A stretch of DNA of 64,000 nt, taken from NCBI GenBank assembly GCA_001779315.1, contig MFJU01000001.1, positions 6,258 to 70,257 of the forward strand. The letters are read 5' to 3'. Position numbers and translations under genes: made by a program. Under the pieces are notes generated by a model. That model saw nothing but the letters and a program-made list of their open reading frames with translations. It made no database searches and was not told where the DNA came from. Below are positions 60,685-64,000 of this stretch, piece after piece; position 1 is the stretch's first letter; the number at the start of each line of letters is the position of its first letter. This stretch comes from Candidatus Gottesmanbacteria bacterium RIFCSPLOWO2_01_FULL_42_22 (GTDB lineage: Bacteria; Patescibacteriota; Microgenomatia; 2-02-FULL-39-11).

Positions 60685-63045
60685 ATGGTTTTAATTATTT
60701 TATTAATACTAATTTTTTCTCTTTTTATTCCTACTAAAGTCTGGTCAGTTTTTGTTCCTGAAAATTCTCCTATTTTATCAAAAGGATCTACTTGGGACAA
60801 AACGAATGTTTATGGTCCCTCAGTAATATTTGATGATAATAATATCTATAAATTATGGTATACAGGGTATGATGGTTATAAAGCTCAAATTGGGTATTCT
60901 AGCTCTGATACTTACCTAAATTTTTCACCTAATCCGGTTTCTCCAATTATCCCAGGTACAATTATATATCAGTATGATGGAGGTGTAGAACATCCAAGTG
61001 TCCTTAAAATATCAAATAGCTTATATAAAATGTGGTTTCATCGTGCTAAATCAAGTTTTAATAGCTTCGAACTATATTACGCAGAATCTACAAATGGCAC
61101 AATTTGGACAAATTACACTAAGCTTTTATTTACTAATCAAACAACATGGGATCAATATAGTCAAACAGCACCATCAGTTATATACGATGAGAATGATGAA
61201 AATATGAAATATAAAATGTGGTATACAGGTTCAGGATATTTTAATAATGAGCCTAGAATGTGGAGAATAGGTTTTGCATATTCTAATGATGGAATTAATT
61301 GGACTAAAAACGTAGAACCAGTATTAATAGCTGATCAATATTGGGAAGACAAGAGAGAATTAACAGGAGTAGCAAATCCTCATGTACTAAAAATTTCTGA
61401 CAAATATCACATTTGGTACCATAGCAATGAAAAAATAGGTTATGCTGCTTCAAGCGATAGTGGAATGACTTGGAATAAATATATCGATCCAATACTTTCT
61501 GCTAAATCTGGAACATATTATAGCTCGTCTGTATGGGATCCATATGTTGTATATTATGATAATAAATTTTATCTATTTTTTTCCGCATTTAGTTCAAGCT
61601 CTAAACATATTGGTGTAGCTACCGATACTTCATTACCTGAAGTTGAAAAACCGACGGAGACGCCGACGGCGACTCCGACGGTGACGCCGACGGCCACTCC
61701 GACTCCTACCATTCCTAAAAATTCTCCGATTATCATTATTCCCGGATTGGGAGCATCCTGGAATTCCAAAGACATTATATCCTGTGATACAGGACAGTCC
61801 GGAAAATGGAGTAAAACTCCGTTTGTTACCGTCTATGACCGCCTGATTAAAACTTTGCAGAAAAATGCCAAGTTAAATCAAAATAAAGATTTTTATGTCT
61901 ATTATTATGACTGGCGCCTGCCAATAAACGATCAGACCAAAAAACTTAAGACATTTATTAATAAAGTAACTTCAAAATCGAAAGCGAGACTGATCGGCCA
62001 CAGTCTCGGAGGTTTATTAATCAGAGGCTATCTGACGGATTACCCTCAGGATGATAAGGTTTATAAAGCAATGACTATCGGTACCCCTCATTTAGGTACA
62101 ATTCTAAGTTACCCATTGTGGGAAAACGGAGAAATCTGGTTTGATGATCTGGCTACCAAAATTCCCATAACGCAGCTTATAAATTATTGCCGGGTAGTGA
62201 AAACTGTCATGAATCTGGGTACTGTTACTAACGGTCTGGTCAATATTGACGTTAATACTTATAAACTGATGAGTCCGCGCGAAACAATTGTGGCTCTCTC
62301 CCCTTCCATAGAATCCCTTTTGCCTGGTTTTGATTATTTAAAATTAGACGGCCAGACAGTTCCCTTTTCATCATTAAAATCACAAAATATTTGGCTTCAA
62401 AACCATCCCCCGGATGATCTCCGCACAAAATTAATTACTGACACCATCTCCGGATCCGGCTTTGATACCCTCAGATATCTTGAAATCGAACCGGCTCCGG
62501 CAAAGGATATACAAGCCGGCAACTGGCTTGACGGAAAACCGGTCAACCGGGAAAAAGATGAATCAGGTGACGGAACAGTCCTGTCTATGAGCAGCCAGTT
62601 GAATAGTGCAGATAATCAGGTGTTAAACGCTGATCATGTCCAAATAGTCTATTATGATGAAGCACTAAAGAAAATTCTTGAGTTTCTCAATCTCAAGGAA
62701 ATTTCCCCTTTTGGAATACAGGCTGTACCGGAAGCTGATGCTGATACTGCCATAACTTTGATGTCCGATAAAGATGCGGTTATTGAAGCAGTTAAACCTG
62801 ATAATCAGAAAGTTATCGGTCAGGATAATCTATTGGCTTTATTTAATCCTTTGAAAGGGAATTACAAATTGAAAATAAAAGGAAGCCAAAACGGACAGGC
62901 AGTCTTGCAGACAAGCTGGTTTAGTAAAACCGGAGGAATTGAAACCGATACCTATGCTTTAAAACTTAAGAAGAATAAGTGGAATAACTATCTTCTTCTC
63001 TATATGCCTGAAAGCCAAAATAAACTGCTTATGGTTCCGAATTAA
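60685..63045 (+). CDS. Secreted or membrane-anchored two-domain protein: N-terminal BNR/Asp-box beta-propeller (glycosidase/sialidase-like), Pro/Thr linker, C-terminal alpha/beta-hydrolase lipase-like domain
   Basis: 786 aa; N-terminal hydrophobic signal/anchor; Asp-box repeats (SSDSGMTW, SNDGINWT, STNGTIWT) and repeated ..MWYTG../..IWYHS.. blades; (PT)n linker PTETPTATPTVTPTATPTPT; C-terminal ..IIIPGLGAS.. and nucleophile elbow ..LIGHSLGGL.. Confidence 0.7.
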   Translation: MVLIILLILIFSLFIPTKVWSVFVPENSPILSKGSTWDKTNVYGPSVIFDDNNIYKLWYTGYDGYKAQIGYSSSDTYLNFSPNPVSPIIPGTIIYQYDGGVEHPSVLKISNSLYKMWFHRAKSSFNSFELYYAESTNGTIWTNYTKLLFTNQTTWDQYSQTAPSVIYDENDENMKYKMWYTGSGYFNNEPRMWRIGFAYSNDGINWTKNVEPVLIADQYWEDKRELTGVANPHVLKISDKYHIWYHSNEKIGYAASSDSGMTWNKYIDPILSAKSGTYYSSSVWDPYVVYYDNKFYLFFSAFSSSSKHIGVATDTSLPEVEKPTETPTATPTVTPTATPTPTIPKNSPIIIIPGLGASWNSKDIISCDTGQSGKWSKTPFVTVYDRLIKTLQKNAKLNQNKDFYVYYYDWRLPINDQTKKLKTFINKVTSKSKARLIGHSLGGLLIRGYLTDYPQDDKVYKAMTIGTPHLGTILSYPLWENGEIWFDDLATKIPITQLINYCRVVKTVMNLGTVTNGLVNIDVNTYKLMSPRETIVALSPSIESLLPGFDYLKLDGQTVPFSSLKSQNIWLQNHPPDDLRTKLITDTISGSGFDTLRYLEIEPAPAKDIQAGNWLDGKPVNREKDESGDGTVLSMSSQLNSADNQVLNADHVQIVYYDEALKKILEFLNLKEISPFGIQAVPEADADTAITLMSDKDAVIEAVKPDNQKVIGQDNLLALFNPLKGNYKLKIKGSQNGQAVLQTSWFSKTGGIETDTYALKLKKNKWNNYLLLYMPESQNKLLMVPN

Positions 63046-63077
63046 GAAGGATAACCGCTTTATTATTTCCTTGATAG

Positions 63078-63151
63078 TGGCCGCTGAGGGATTTGAACCC
63101 CCGACCCCTGCAATGTGAATGCAATGCTCTAGCCAACTGAGCTAAGCGGCC
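63078..63151 (-). tRNA. tRNA-Val (anticodon CAC)
   Basis: Reverse complement GGCCGCTTAGCTCAGTTGGCTAGAGCATTGCATTCACATTGCAGGGGTCGGGGGTTCAAATCCCTCAGCGGCCA; anticodon stem TTGCA/TGCAG with loop TTCACAT. Confidence 0.8.
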
Positions 63152-63223
63152 TTTTCCACTGAATATTATAGCTAAATAGTGCTTGCAGTGCTACCTTGGG
63201 TTTACCTATAATTAGAAAATATC

Positions 63224-63904
63224 ATGAATAAGCCGCATGTGGTAATAAATACTGATGACAGAAAGCCCCAATCTGACGTGACGGTAAATGATTATGTCGA
63301 AAAAGAGGTTGAAGACGACTCTAAGCAAGAGTTTTTCCTCGTCAAGATTTTCAGATCAGGAATAAATTTTGTCTTTGATTTCCTGGAAACCATTGTCGTA
63401 GCTTTATCTGTTTTTGTGGTCATTTATCTTTTTATTGTCCAGCCTCATGAAGTCAAAGGTTCCTCCATGGAGCCGACTTTCCAAAATAACGAATATATCA
63501 TCACTGATAAAATCAGCTACCGCTTCGGCAAACCCAACCGCGGGGATGTCGTTATTTTTAAAGCTCCGGTCAACCCGGACGTCGATTACATCAAAAGAAT
63601 TATCGGCCTACCCGGTGAAACGGTCATGGTCCAGAGCGGCCGGATCTATATTGACGGCAAAATGCTTAACGAACCTTATTTGGAAGATTTAACACCCATT
63701 TTTCCCGGCGGTTTTATCAAGGAGGGTGTAGTAGTTTCCATACCCGAGAACCATTATTTCGTCATGGGAGACAACAGGCCCCACAGCTCCGATTCACGTG
63801 AATTCGGCCCGATTGAAAAGAAACTGATTATCGGTAGGGCGGTTTTCCGCTATTGGCCAATCAATAACCTGGGATTGATTCCGGGCGCAAATTACAGATA
63901 CTAA
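63224..63904 (+). CDS. lepB: Signal peptidase I
   Basis: 226 aa; N-terminal TM; catalytic ..GSSMEPTF.. Ser box; ..YIKRIIGLPGE.. Lys box; ..GDNRPHSSDSREFG.. Confidence 0.85.
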   Translation: MNKPHVVINTDDRKPQSDVTVNDYVEKEVEDDSKQEFFLVKIFRSGINFVFDFLETIVVALSVFVVIYLFIVQPHEVKGSSMEPTFQNNEYIITDKISYRFGKPNRGDVVIFKAPVNPDVDYIKRIIGLPGETVMVQSGRIYIDGKMLNEPYLEDLTPIFPGGFIKEGVVVSIPENHYFVMGDNRPHSSDSREFGPIEKKLIIGRAVFRYWPINNLGLIPGANYRY

Positions 63905-63925
63905 AATACTGGGGAAATCAGGAAT

Positions 63926-64000
63926 AAAGCTTAAGAAGCTGTTCGTAAAGTTTACGGATTTCGTCGGTAGTTTTTTCCGGTATGCCTTTAAGAGTAATTT
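63926..64000 (-). CDS. 3' end of an unidentified minus-strand gene running in from beyond the window
   Basis: Reverse frame reads ...ITLKGIPEKTTDEIRKLYEQLLKLYS* with the stop at 63926-63928. Confidence 0.3.

Overview
Bacterial chromosomal window, roughly mid G+C, densely coding. Nearly every gene from 1 to 51.5 kb is on the minus strand, often with 4-nt ATGA start/stop overlaps. The organism cannot be named from the sequence alone; the gene content suggests a small-genome bacterium with a Gram-positive-type envelope. In order, the window holds: (i) a de novo purine operon (purSL-purQ-purC-purE-purF-glyA-purN-purD-X-purP-purM-purP') that uses two archaeal-type PurP FAICAR synthetases instead of PurH and contains an unexplained M24-like gene; (ii) pyrG and pyrE-pyrF-pyrD; (iii) a plus-strand fumarase/malic-enzyme pair; (iv) carA-carB-pyrB-pyrC followed by an 841-aa protein whose C-terminal half is an AsnRS-like class II aaRS catalytic core fused to an unknown N-terminal domain; (v) a complete F1Fo ATP synthase operon with a truncated delta subunit; (vi) dnaE, a GGDEF cyclase and gatCAB with an adjacent asparaginase-family gene; (vii) glnA preceded by a textbook ANTAR dual-hexaloop antiterminator/terminator and its GAF-ANTAR regulator, which is co-operonic with murT-gatD; (viii) htpX-lemA and polX; (ix) four tRNAs (Asp, Gly, Thr, Val); (x) an FMN riboswitch driving an EamA-type transporter plus a monofunctional riboflavin kinase; (xi) a tRNA-flanked glycosyltransferase/O-antigen-ligase envelope cluster containing a compositionally chimeric Asp-box propeller / lipase fusion; (xii) lepB. 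No CRISPR array, rRNA, transposase or integrase was seen.
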